A stretch of DNA of 62,363 nucleotides, filler included, from Bipalium vagum (lineage: Eukaryota): NCBI GenBank assembly GCA_037834085.1. It is 3 parts of 3 records of this genome, joined end to end, with 100 filler letters (N's around TTAATTAATTAA, not from the genome) between each part and the next. Parts side by side here need not be neighbours in the genome. Positions count along the whole stretch, not along the records: positions 45,746 to 62,363 come from JBBMKC010102525.1; 2 more parts are not named here. One strand, given 5' to 3'. Numbering within the stretch: position 1 is the first letter of the stretch; every line of letters starts with the position of its first letter. Of this stretch, positions 52,150-62,363 are shown piece by piece. Made by a program: the position numbers and the translations under genes. The notes under the pieces were generated by a model. The model did no database searches and was not told the DNA's origin. It worked only from the letters and a program-made list of their open reading frames with translations.

Positions 52150-54340
52150 TTTTACTTTTTTCATAGTTTTCTTTCATTGCTTCTTGGTTATGTTTGATGG
52201 ATAGACCAGCCTTGCTCAATGCATCTTGAATTCTTTCTTTCATGATGGTTACGTAACCTGGTTACTCCATGTATTGGCTAATAGGTTTTTGAAAAATAAG
52301 ATCAATTGGCATGTTGGAATTTCTTAAATACATTAGATAAAATGGAATAAAGCCTGTTCCTAAATGAACGGCATTTCGATAGGCGAATAGGTATGATGGA
52401 ATATGAATATCCCAATCATTTTTTTAGTGTTTACGTATGAGGCTATCATGTTAGTTAAGGTATAATTAAATCTTTCTACCAAGCCATCAGTTTGTGGATA
52501 ATAGGGAGTTGTATTTAATTTTAATATGTTAAAATATGCGTTAATAGAGGCCAGTAATTCACTCAGAAACTCTTTTCCGCGGTCTGTGAGTAGCTTTCGT
52601 GGTACTCTATACCGGAATATGATATGCTCAACAAAAATTTTAGAGATAGTGTCTGCTTTGTGATTTGGCATGGAAAAAGCCTCTTGCCATTTAGTAAGAT
52701 AATCACTCACAACTAATATATAAACATTTCCTGAAATAGTTTGAGGAAGGGGTCCTACAATATCCATGGCTATCATTTCCATGCGAGCAGGGGGTACTGG
52801 CATAGGTTTAAGGGGTGCTTTTAATTTTCTTCCTGTGTTTCTACGGGTTTGGCAAATTTTACACGTGTTACCTCATTGCTTAATATCTTTTATCATATTT
52901 GGCCAATAATATTTTTGACTTATATGGGAACGGGTTTTACGATTTGATAGATGTTCACCGAGAGTTCCATCATGATATTGAACTAACACTGACTCTCGTA
53001 GGCTTTCTGGTACAAAAATGACTGAGTTCAGGTGCTCCTTATACTTGAGTAAACCTTCATCCCAATGAAGATTTTTTAATAACTTTGCATATGTATTTGT
53101 TGCAAGTGATGGGTTTTTTATATAAATATTAATTTTTTGTATTTCTGAGTCTTCTTTTATTACTTGTTTAAGATCGTCAAGGGTATTGAGTTTTTTGTTT
53201 GACTCATAAGATATACTTCAGTCATTCTGGATAGTGCATCTGCATTGTCGTTCGCCTTTCCTTTGCGGTAAATGATTTTATAATTGTATTCCTGTAATTT
53301 GAGTGACCAACGGATAAGGACCTACGGATTATGTATCTCTGTGCTTTTCTAAGTAAGCCAAGGTATTGTGATCAGTATATAAAATAAATTCTCGACCCCA
53401 TAAATGGGTTTAGAATTTTTTAACTCCGAAAATGACATTCTAACTCTATTACTGCATAATGCTTTTTATGGGATTTAAGACTTTTACTAGCTTAAGCAAT
53501 TGCGTAGTCTCTATTTTCATAATCTTTAAGCCTAAAACTGCTCCAATAGCAGTTCAACTTGCATCACACATAGGTTCAAATCATCGCCTAGGATCAGGGT
53601 AGCGTAGAATTGGTGATGATATTAAGAATTTTTTTAATTCGTCAAATGCTGTTTGATGATCAAGATTCCATTTAAATGTTTGTTCCTTTTTTAATTTTTT
53701 GTTAAGGGATGCTGCAATTTGAGCGAAATTTCTAACAAATCTTCGGTAATAGTTTGCTAAACCGAGAAATATTTGAACTCGCTTGGGTGTTTTGGGGGCA
53801 ATTGCATTTTTGACTTTTTCAATTATTTCGGGATCAGGTTCTATGCCATTTTGTGATATTATGTGGCCTATATATTTCATTGAATTTTTTCCCAATTCGC
53901 ACTTGGTGGGTTTTTTTTAAAAACCTGCTACTTTGATTCGTTTTAATACTTCTTTCATATCTTTCATGTGAGTTTCAAAGTCAGGAGAAAATCAACGATG
54001 TCGTCTATATACACCATTTTTGGATAGAGAAATCTAGGATTAAACCTGGAATTTTAGATAGGATATCCATGCCGATTATACATTCAAGTTCGTTATTTTC
54101 CATTACTTTTAATGTATGATATATATCGTAACCCATTGTTCGAATAATGCTTTTGCATGTTCATAGCAAGGGTACTGATTTACCATCTACGCATATTACT
54201 GATATTGGTGATGTATTTACAGTGGCTTCTTTTCTGTATTTAAAATTTGGGCGTCAATAAGGGAAATGTGTGCACCAGTATTTACCAGAGCCAGAACTGT
54301 GTTTATTGACTTTGATTGTAATCATAGGTCGAGTTTTGTT
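52150..54340 (-). pseudogene. Pol: aspartic protease, 5'-deleted RT, RNase H, integrase
   Basis: ALVNTGAHISLI (DTG to NTG); VYIDDI…KCE…YIGHIIS..GIEPDP…FLGLANYYRRFV; CDAS..AIGAVL; YTDH; ADALSR; H..H…YYWPNM…CKIC; AMDIVGPLP…LTDRGKEF…YYPQTDGLVERFN. Confidence 0.92.
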
Positions 54341-54469
54341 GATTATGAAAGAATATCTTACGCAATTTATACTAGGCGGTTACTATTTGCATGATTAAAA
54401 TAAAAAAAAATATATCTATTTGATCAAATAGTAATGGGACTTGTTGCATACTGATTGTGCCATTATATT

Positions 54470-54650
54470 CGGCTGTAGCCAATAAAGTAATGATTTCCGT
54501 TGATTGCTTATCTTTGACCATTTCTAACGCTGTTTGTTCATATATATTGCGATAAAATAGGTTTATATCAGGTCTTTTGAATAATATTTTAACTATTTCT
54601 GCATTTACTTCATAACGACTAGCAAGGTGGAGGGGTGTTTCATCATTTAA
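54470..54650 (-). pseudogene. Ankyrin-repeat segment inside the Gypsy polyprotein region
   Basis: NDETPLHLASRYEVNAEIVKILFKRPDINLFYRNIYEQTALEMVKDKQSTEIITLL: one full TPLHLA…EIVKIL…DIN repeat and a second TAL…EIITLL repeat. Confidence 0.8.
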
Positions 54651-54656
54651 ATATTC

Positions 54657-55810
54657 CTGTTTAAATACGCCTGTTTAAATACGCCTGTTTAAATACGCCT
54701 GTTTAAATACGCCTGTTTAAATACGCCTGTTTAAATACGCCTGTTTNNNNNNNNNNNNNNNNNNNNNNNNNNNNNNNNNNNNNNNNNNNNNNNNNNNNNN
54801 NNNNNNNNNNNNNNNNNNNNNNNNNNNNNNNNNNNNNNNNNNNNNNAAATGCAAGATTCTCTTTTACTTTATGTAATGTATCAGTTTTNNNNNNNNNNNN
54901 NNNNNNNNNNNNNNNNNNNNNNNNNNNNNNNNNNNNNNNNNNNNNNNNNNNNNNNNNNNNNNNNNNNNNNNNNNNNNNNNNNNNNNNNCCTGTTTAAATA
55001 CGCCTGTTTAAATGCAAGATTCTCTTTTACTTTATGTAATGTATCAGTTTTTGTTACTTGTTTTATGTATGGTATACTGTTTGCTATGGAATTCGGTTTT
55101 TTAATTTTGATTGTTGGTTTCTGGGTTTCTATTTCAGAACCCGAAACTTTATCGGTTTGTATTGTTTGGTTTCGTGCTTTTGATATTATTGATTTATCTA
55201 TGGGTGGAATTGTGACATATTCTGGGATATTAAGCTCATTATTTTAAATATTATTTTAAATATTCCTGTTTAAATACGCCTGTTTAAATACGCCTGTTTA
55301 AATGCAAGATTCTCTTTTACTTTATGTAATGTATCAGTTTTTGTTACTTGTTTTATGTATGGTATACTGTTTGCTATGGAATTCGGTTTTTTAATTTTGA
55401 TTGTTGGTTTCTGGGTTTCTATTTCAGAACCCGAAACTTTATCGGTTTGTATTGTTTGGTTTCGTGCTTTTGATATTATTGATTTATCTATGGGTGGAAT
55501 TGTGACATATTCTGGGATATTAAGCTCATTATTTTAAATATTATTTTAAATATTCCTGTTTAAATACGCCTGTTTAAATGCAAGATTCTCTTTTACTTTA
55601 TGTAATGTATCAGTTTTTGTTACTTGTTTTATGTATGGTATACTGTTTGCTATGGAATTCGGTTTTTTAATTTTGATTGTTGGTTTCTGGGTTTCTATTT
55701 CAGAACCCGAAACTTTATCGGTTTGTATTGTTTGGTTTCGTGCTTTTGATATTATTGATTTATCTATGGGTGGAATTGTGACATATTCTGGGATATTAAG
55801 CTCATTATTT
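54657..55810. repeat. 14-bp tandem array (CCTGTTTAAATACG)n plus three identical ~280-bp copies around two N gaps
   Basis: Identical ORF translations at 54849, 55355 and 55631; copies abut gaps, so probably assembly stutter. Confidence 0.85.
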
Positions 55811-57154
55811 TCCTCTGATTCTGGTGCATCTATATCTGTATGCCAATATTGGGGGTTCATTTGGGCTATTGGTTGATAATCTTGTTCTAGAATTTCTTGA
55901 AGTATTACATCTGTTTCGTCCATTTCCTGCCATGTGGATATTTTCCTGTTTTTCTGCTTGCATTGGTTTTTCTTTCTCCGATTCCATAGGAACTTCACAA
56001 TACTCTGGTTCAACATTGTCTGAATTGATTTGTGTTTCGTTTAATGTATCTGTCAAATCAATTATTTCGGTTAACATTGTTTGTTTTTGAGTACCATGGT
56101 AGTATACTTGAATTTTATTCGTTTTTCGGGGATTACATTCACAATCTATCAAATATTCATCATCATCGATTAATTTTCCAAATATTTATGGTAATAAGGT
56201 ATTTGGAAATTGTAGTTTTTCTACAGCCTTTTTTCGTAATTTATGAGTTTTACTATTAATGAGCATTATGTAAGTTTCGTTAGTATAATCCTGCATTTGT
56301 AATTGAACCGTTATTGTTTTATATCATTCTTGCTTTTTCTTATAGCTTGACCGTATTTTCTTAAGATAATTTCTAACCTCTTTGATAAACTACTGAAAAT
56401 TTTGCCCAATTTCGAAGTTTTTCAACTATTTTTTCTAGTGTCTTGACAGCTATTGGCATCCGCGCTATTTCATTTAGTATAGTTCTAATTTCATCATAAT
56501 CCAAATTGGTTTTTATTATTTCTTACTATTAGACTTCTATAAGACTATTATCTTGATTGAGTTTTGTCTGATAATAATATAAGTTAATTGGTCTTTTTAG
56601 ACATTTCTGTACACCAGTAATTATTTCATGTGCCATGGTTTTGGTTGTGGCTACATTTCGAACCATTAGATTATCTGGATATTGATAATATATGGTGAAT
56701 GTAGTTTCTATTGATGGCCAATCCCTTCCTAATTTTTGTAATAATTGCAACTCTATCGGAGAACTAACTTTATGATGTCGTAAGAAGTGTTTCACCTCTT
56801 CGATATTGTCAATTGGGGTTTCTCTTGTTATCCATTTTTTGCTATTTCATTGGCATTTCTAACTTCTATTACTCTATCAGAAATTATTGTAATGTGATTT
56901 AATATATCTTGTTCGGGATCTCCTAATCGTTCTACTTTGGCATATTCTTCAGTAAGGAGTGATTCTACCCTTTCAATATGTGACATGCGTACTTCAATTG
57001 TATCGTTGTTTTCCTCATTGTCATTTACAATATTTGTTTTAGGTGTCATTAAGGAAAAAATTCTCTGTAAGTATCCAAATTTTCATCAAATAAAACATTT
57101 AACTTTTCTCTCAACATTCACTTGTTGTCGTTGGGATGAATTAAAATTTATACT

Positions 57155-58105
57155 TCAACAAACATCTTTCACATGTCCTCTTTTTCCGCATTGTAAGCAT
57201 TGCAAATTATGCGCTCTACATTCGTTTGTATTATGGTTCCGACGCGCACATTTGGTACATTGTTTATTATTATTATTATAATCAAATTGCTTGTTTCCAT
57301 TGTTACACTCAAATTGTTTATGTCCACTATTATTATAATTATTTCTATTTTGGTACTGATTCATTCGTGTTCTCATTTGGTTACGTTAGTTATTTCCATC
57401 TAAAACATTATAAGGTTTAGTGCAATATTCATTAAATCGGACTTTTATCTATCGGGCATTCTCGGGGTCCATAAACCATTTCATTACATTTATAACATTG
57501 CATTTGATTACTATTATTTACTTAATTGGTGATTTTGGCATTAATCCAGCGGTCTGTGGACTCTTATTTATTACATTTACTGTTTTCATTTCAACAGCAG
57601 AATTATTGAATTATTTGCTCAAATGCTTCATGTCTATATAGCATGATAGCTGCTTTAATTTCATATCTTAATCCAGACCATCATTGGTCTTTTACTATAA
57701 CTTTAGTATTTTCGTCCCATTTATCTTGTAGACCGAAAGCTCTCTGAGCTACGGTTTTTAAATTGTGTATACTCTGATACTGTTTCATTCATTTTTTTGC
57801 TTTAAGCTATAAAATTGTTGCCTGAATAATTGGCCTATGTCACCTCTGAAAATTTGTTCCTCTAAAGCGGATTTAACTGATGTCCAATTATCATCTTTTC
57901 CGTTGGCTACTATATCTAAATATGTGTCTCTTGCTCTATTCTTTAAGTAAATGGATAGTCGGTTCATTTTTATTCTTTCTGTAAAACCATATGCGCGGTT
58001 TTTAACATAATAATTTGATAAAAAATCGGGTAATTCGGTTGGGTTTCCACTGTATGTATCCATTTTAATATAACCAGTATATTTTACCACTGTCATCATG
58101 ATCAC
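57155..58105 (-). pseudogene. Gag with two CCHC zinc knuckles
   Basis: DTYSGNPTELPDFLSNY…LSIYLKNRARDTY…W..VKSALEEQ…LKQK (retrotransposon gag); CTKCARRNHNTNEC and CLQCGKRGHVKDVC. Confidence 0.9.
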
Positions 58106-58866
58106 TTTCTGTCATTTTGATTAATTTACTTTTATTAATAGTTTCGGTTAAACGAGAACGAGTTATTAAAGGCTTTTCAACTATTAAACTTTGCTTTTAT
58201 TATTAACACGTATTATGAATTGATAAAAAATTTTCATCACATTATTTAGCTTCTTTTAAGGTGATTTTATTTTGATGCAAATAAAAATTGAACCATGATC
58301 TCTTTTACATTATTACTACGAAAAATTATATTTTTAACTTACAAAATAAGGAATGTTATAAGAAATCTCATTTTAATTTGTTCCTTTATTATATTTTCAA
58401 TGAAATCATAATTTTGTCACTAATTTATTGCAAATTTAGTAGATTTTAAAAATTTTCAAAATATTTTAAGTTACAAAATAATGTATTTAGAATAGATAAA
58501 CCAAAATGACCCTGGGGGTATGAGAACGGAATTTTAACCGTTTAATCATAGGCTTTTCATTTGAAATTATGAAACAGCAGATATTGGAAACTTTGGAAAC
58601 CTAACAACTTTGTCACCTTTTCTTTGAGAAAATATAATCATTATCTATATATTTATTACAAATTTTGTACAATGACAAAGTTCTTCAACGACGCTCAATT
58701 TGAACCGATTTTTCTTCAAAGTTTTCAAAGACTGTAGCAAGAAACTGTACACTTTCCATTATAGATTTCTTCATGACCAGGCCAACAGAACGAAATTAAA
58801 AAAAATTAAAGCTTATAATGAACAGGATCAAAAATATTCAAAATAATAAAACGACTGAAAAAAAAT

Positions 58867-59975
58867 TTATTTTTTTCGCTTTTTGTTTTTGGGAATTTTT
58901 TCCATTTCTTTTTTTCTATCCCACAGGAACAATAACTTCTCTTGAAGAAATTTGCACTCATTCATCAGAACACTGAAAGCATCATCTTTGACAATGTCCC
59001 GGACAAAGCGTACATATTCGTCGACGAAAGACTGAGTTTCCTCAATAATAATCACCAGCAATAGAAATTAAAAAATGAAACCTTTCTCTCAACATCATTA
59101 CGATTTCTCAGTGCTAATGAATATCTTTTCTCATACTCCATATTTCTGTTCTGTAGTTCCAATAACTCACGGTAGCGCTTTGTATAGATCGGATATAATT
59201 GATTATATTTTTCAACCAAGGTACTTGGTGTTAGTTTTGAAAATGTTGTCTCGCAATTCCTAAAATTATCAAAATATCAAGAGTAAAATAGTTTTATTAA
59301 AAGGCGATGTGTTGGTAAAATTCAAAAAGAATAATTACTTTGCAAAATCTTCTCTGAAACCATCCTGAAGGAAGTAAAATAATAATAATCAAATATTATC
59401 AATAATACCAAGTCGTCAGATTTTCTTTTTGACTTTTGACTCACTCTTGAAGATTTTACTGATATTGTTTGTGGAGGATTTATCTTTTTGTTTAAATCGC
59501 TTAAATTAGATTAAAGTGTTCTAACATTTTTTTGAAAATCTTACGAAAAATTTGCAATATAGCTAGATTTAAGATTGAGATGAAATTGACACTTTGTTTT
59601 AAAATCAATGAAAAAACTAAGAAATTCAAAAATACATGTAATTAAAATAAATTTTACTATCAAATTACTTCTTTCCAGAATACTTTTCAATATAAATATT
59701 AGAATCACTACTGGATATGTGATATTCGAAAACCTGGCATCTGCTTAAATCTTTATTATTAATAAGAAATTTCTAAACAGACATTAATATTTTAACAAAC
59801 TTAATTTTTATACCAAATTATTTTCCTCTAAAATAACAGTAAAATTATTTACCTAAATAAAATCCAATAAAATCCAATAAAAATTAAAACTAAATTACAA
59901 TACTTGGGATGAAAATTGTTCTATAATACTCAATAATTCATCAGATAAGGATAAGTAAAAAATATCTACATCCAT
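58867..59975 (-). CDS. Intact 8-exon gene, 251 aa, probable small ELL/occludin-homology protein; complement(join(58867-59040,59082-59259,59339-59364,59409-59499,59545-59616,59669-59772,59814-59852,59904-59975))
   Basis: Seven GT-AG introns of 41-79 nt join into a stop-free 756-nt CDS from ATG to TAA. C-terminus KYNQLYPIYTKRYRELLELQNR…FVDEYVRF…NECKFLQEKLLFL resembles the ELL/occludin domain; N-terminus IFYLSLSDELLSIIEQF resembles ELL-N; basic NLS-like tail KNKKRKK. Gene structure is strong, family call is moderate. Confidence 0.7.
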
Positions 59976-60874
59976 AAAGTTTTTTTAAAAATTCAAATTA
60001 ATCTCTTTTATAATATTATTTAAACAATATTTTGATTAATTAATATATTAAAATGCAACAATTTTATTAAAAATAATATTTTAAACTAATTAATTACAAA
60101 TGAAATAACATGTAAATTAAATAATCAAGTAATAAATTTTATAAATATTTCATATCAAAATATGATTTTCAATAGCTTTCTTTTAAAAATATTAAACGTC
60201 ATTAAAAATAGTAAATTTTTAATATTTTTTTTAATTAAGTTTAATTAATTTTAAATTAAAAAAATATTTTTCTATTATTAATTTTAAATCTTAAGTTAAT
60301 TCAAATAATTTTTCATCATTTGGTTTTGGATCATCTGGATTACTATATTTTAAAAATGCTTTTTCATTTTCTTTAATAATTAAAAATGATATTTCATTTG
60401 TTTTTAATGTGTTACCTATAATTGATGGAGTAATAGTTGATGTTAAATTAGAAGTATTTAAATCCAAAGTTAGAGATGGTGAAATAGGTTGTATACTACA
60501 ATCTATTGAAGGTTTTTTATCATGGAATTTGGACTACACCGATTCTAAACAACTTTGAGGTTTATTTATTTTCTTTATAATTTTTTTTTCATTTTTTATG
60601 CTTAGAGCATCAGTAACTGGTTTTTGAAAATATTTTAAATCTTGTTCTGATCTTCTTTCTGCTTTCCATTCATTTAATTGATTAGTTTCAAATTTATTTT
60701 ATCTAATAAATTTTTTAATATATTTAATATATATTTAAATTCTTTTTTTTAATTAAAACTATTTCACTTTTTTAATTTTTTACTCTTTCTCTTTATATTC
60801 TTTATTTAACTCTTGTTTCATTTCCTTTAAACTTCTTTTTTTCAATTTTTAATAATATTTCCTGATTTTATTTT

Positions 60875-61395
60875 TTAGATATTATCTTTACATCCAGTAA
60901 TTATTATTTTCGCTTCTTCAATTTCTTCATCGGATAAAATTTTATCTTCTATTGCTTTCATTTGAAATGAATAAAGTTTATTAATTGACGATTTTATTGT
61001 TTCACAAATTTTTCTACATATCTTTTTCTCTTTTGAAGTAACTCCTATACTAGTTGTTTCTCCGATAAATAAATTAAGAGCTCCAAAACTTGCAGTTCCA
61101 AAAGGAGAATAAATTAATAAGCCAGTTCCAAATGTTGGTATTCCTGTCATAATAGCAGTTCCAAGTCTTAAAATTCCTTCAATAAAAATACTTCCTAATT
61201 TTAAATAAGTATCTATAGAAAAATCTATATATTTAACTTTAAATTTCTTATAATGTTTTAATAAATCCTCTAAAAACTTTTTTCTCATTTATAAAATTTT
61301 TTTAGATCGGTCAAAGACCTTAAAAATTGTTCTTCATCTTCGTAAATAAATTTATTATTTTGAATACATGGTAAATAGGGACAGTTTGTTTTTCT
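60875..61395 (-). pseudogene. Polinton membrane-associated protein ('GasderminX'-like), copy 2
   Basis: ORF 60875-61288 has Gly-rich hydrophobic segments (LGTAIMTGIPTFGTGLLIYSPFGTASFGALNLFIG) and a KAIEDKILSDEE end; a frameshifted N-terminal part (EKQTVPIY…NKFIYEDE) lies upstream. Confidence 0.65.
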
Positions 61396-61859
61396 GTATG
61401 TCTTTCTTATAATTGTTCACTATTTAATGTATCCAATTTAGGTCGGACTCCAACTCTTAGGTGGTGCAAATAATAACAATCAGTAAAGCAGCAATTTGTA
61501 TATATCACACAATCACAAAAATACAGAATGATAATCAAAAGTCTGGGATCACAATTAATGTCTGAAATGTTTCACAAACTTTCAAGATCAAACTACTCCA
61601 CAAAATAAAATATAATCAAACAACAATAAAATCAAATAAATAATTAGAATAATAAGTATATCAAACAGCAATGTCAAATAAAAAGTCAATTATAATATAA
61701 TGTTTAATTCAAAGTCTAATTAAAACAAAATATTACAAAATATCAAAATTAATAATTACTTTTTTTTAAAAAAATAAATAAAGATAAAAGAAAATAGAAC
61801 AGTATTACGGTTTATCTTCCGCTAAAACTCCCGAGTTATCGTCTGATCTCACCTCATAA

Positions 61860-62363
61860 ATATTATTCTCACCATTTAAATCTATTAATCCATATACATT
61901 TGGATTAGTAAAATAAATTTCATTTTTAATAAATATTTCATCCGTCCATTTTGCTGTATATCCCTTATCGAATTTATTTTTATATTTAAAAATTCTTACC
62001 CTATCTAAAACTTTATACTTTGAGTTATTTTTATTATTATCATTAATATTATTCAAACTTTGTGGATTTTCACTAGCTTCTTTAGGTGTAAATTTAATCA
62101 TTCTGTGAATGTTATTATTATAATTATCAATTAATTGAGGTAATAAATTTAACCCTTTTCGGTTACCTTGTTCTGTAAACTTTTTGAACATCATATTCTT
62201 TAATGTTTTATTAAATCTTTCAATTACAACAGCTTTAAAGGTTGAATAAATTTCAATTTCATTATCTTTACAAAATTCTTTGAAGATTTTATTGTAGAAT
62301 TCTGTACCTTTATCAACCCATAGTTTATTAGGAATACGTTGATATGTTTCAAATATGTTTTCA
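61860..62363 (-). pseudogene. Polinton c-integrase (rve), partial, C-terminus interrupted
   Basis: PNKLWVDKGTEFYN…KAVVIERFNKTLK…LIDNYNNNIHRMIKFTP…DRVRI.KYKNKFDKGYTAKWTDEIF…YGLIDLNGE. Confidence 0.9.

Larger units (their letters stand above)
49090..58260 (-). mobile_element. Large decayed Ty3/Gypsy (Metaviridae) retroelement: gag, unknown insert with ankyrin, PR-RT-RH-IN, two accessory ORFs; no LTR pair found
   Basis: Domain order PR-RT-RH-IN on - strand; motifs given in the sub-features; outer boundaries approximate. Confidence 0.9.
60290..62363 (-). mobile_element. Maverick/Polinton fragment B (runs off the window end)
   Basis: rve integrase, the membrane-protein ORF, and a downstream ORF NKFETNQLNEWKAER…FQKPVTDAL paralogous to 46855-47170. 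Confidence 0.85.

Noticed and set aside
54657-55810. 14-bp array and ~280-bp triplication as a CRISPR-like or functional repeat
   Set aside because: No spacers; copies are identical and abut N gaps; collapsing them restores the reading frame, so assembly stutter is likeliest
58110-58860. 5' LTR or primer-binding site of the Gypsy element
   Set aside because: No matching repeat near 49 kb and no convincing tRNA-complementary site
59151-59170. Apparent 20-nt micro-intron GTGAGT…CTACAG in the ELL-like gene
   Set aside because: Exon 59082-59259 is already open in frame; removing it would frameshift

Overview
Very AT-rich eukaryotic (animal) genomic DNA; no prokaryotic features. The ~41-52 nt modal introns, mariner load and Polinton/Gypsy content would fit a planarian-type flatworm, but that is inference only. 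Two 100-nt gaps holding a TTAATTAATTAA six-frame-stop linker (23576-23675, 45646-45745) suggest three concatenated contigs. I rebuilt three spliced host genes by hand: (1) dachshund on + (9 exons, ~528 aa, DD1/Ski-Sno box, no DD2 found); (2) a prohormone-4/IDLSRF-like secreted LDLa protein on - (5 exons over 17 kb, 191 aa), absent from the ORF track; (3) an intact 8-exon, 251-aa gene on - resembling a miniature ELL/occludin-domain protein. The rest is decayed mobile DNA: many Tc1/mariner remnants of several lineages, two oppositely oriented Maverick/Polinton fragments (pPolB exonuclease part, rve integrase, a duplicated membrane protein with PTAP+YPxL in one copy), and a ~9 kb Ty3/Gypsy element. 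That element is the most unusual feature: a long insert with ankyrin repeats lies between Gag and protease, and two accessory ORFs follow the integrase (a type-I membrane protein and a signal-peptide, Pro-rich ORF with PPxY). Translations and alignments were done by eye; no database searches were run.
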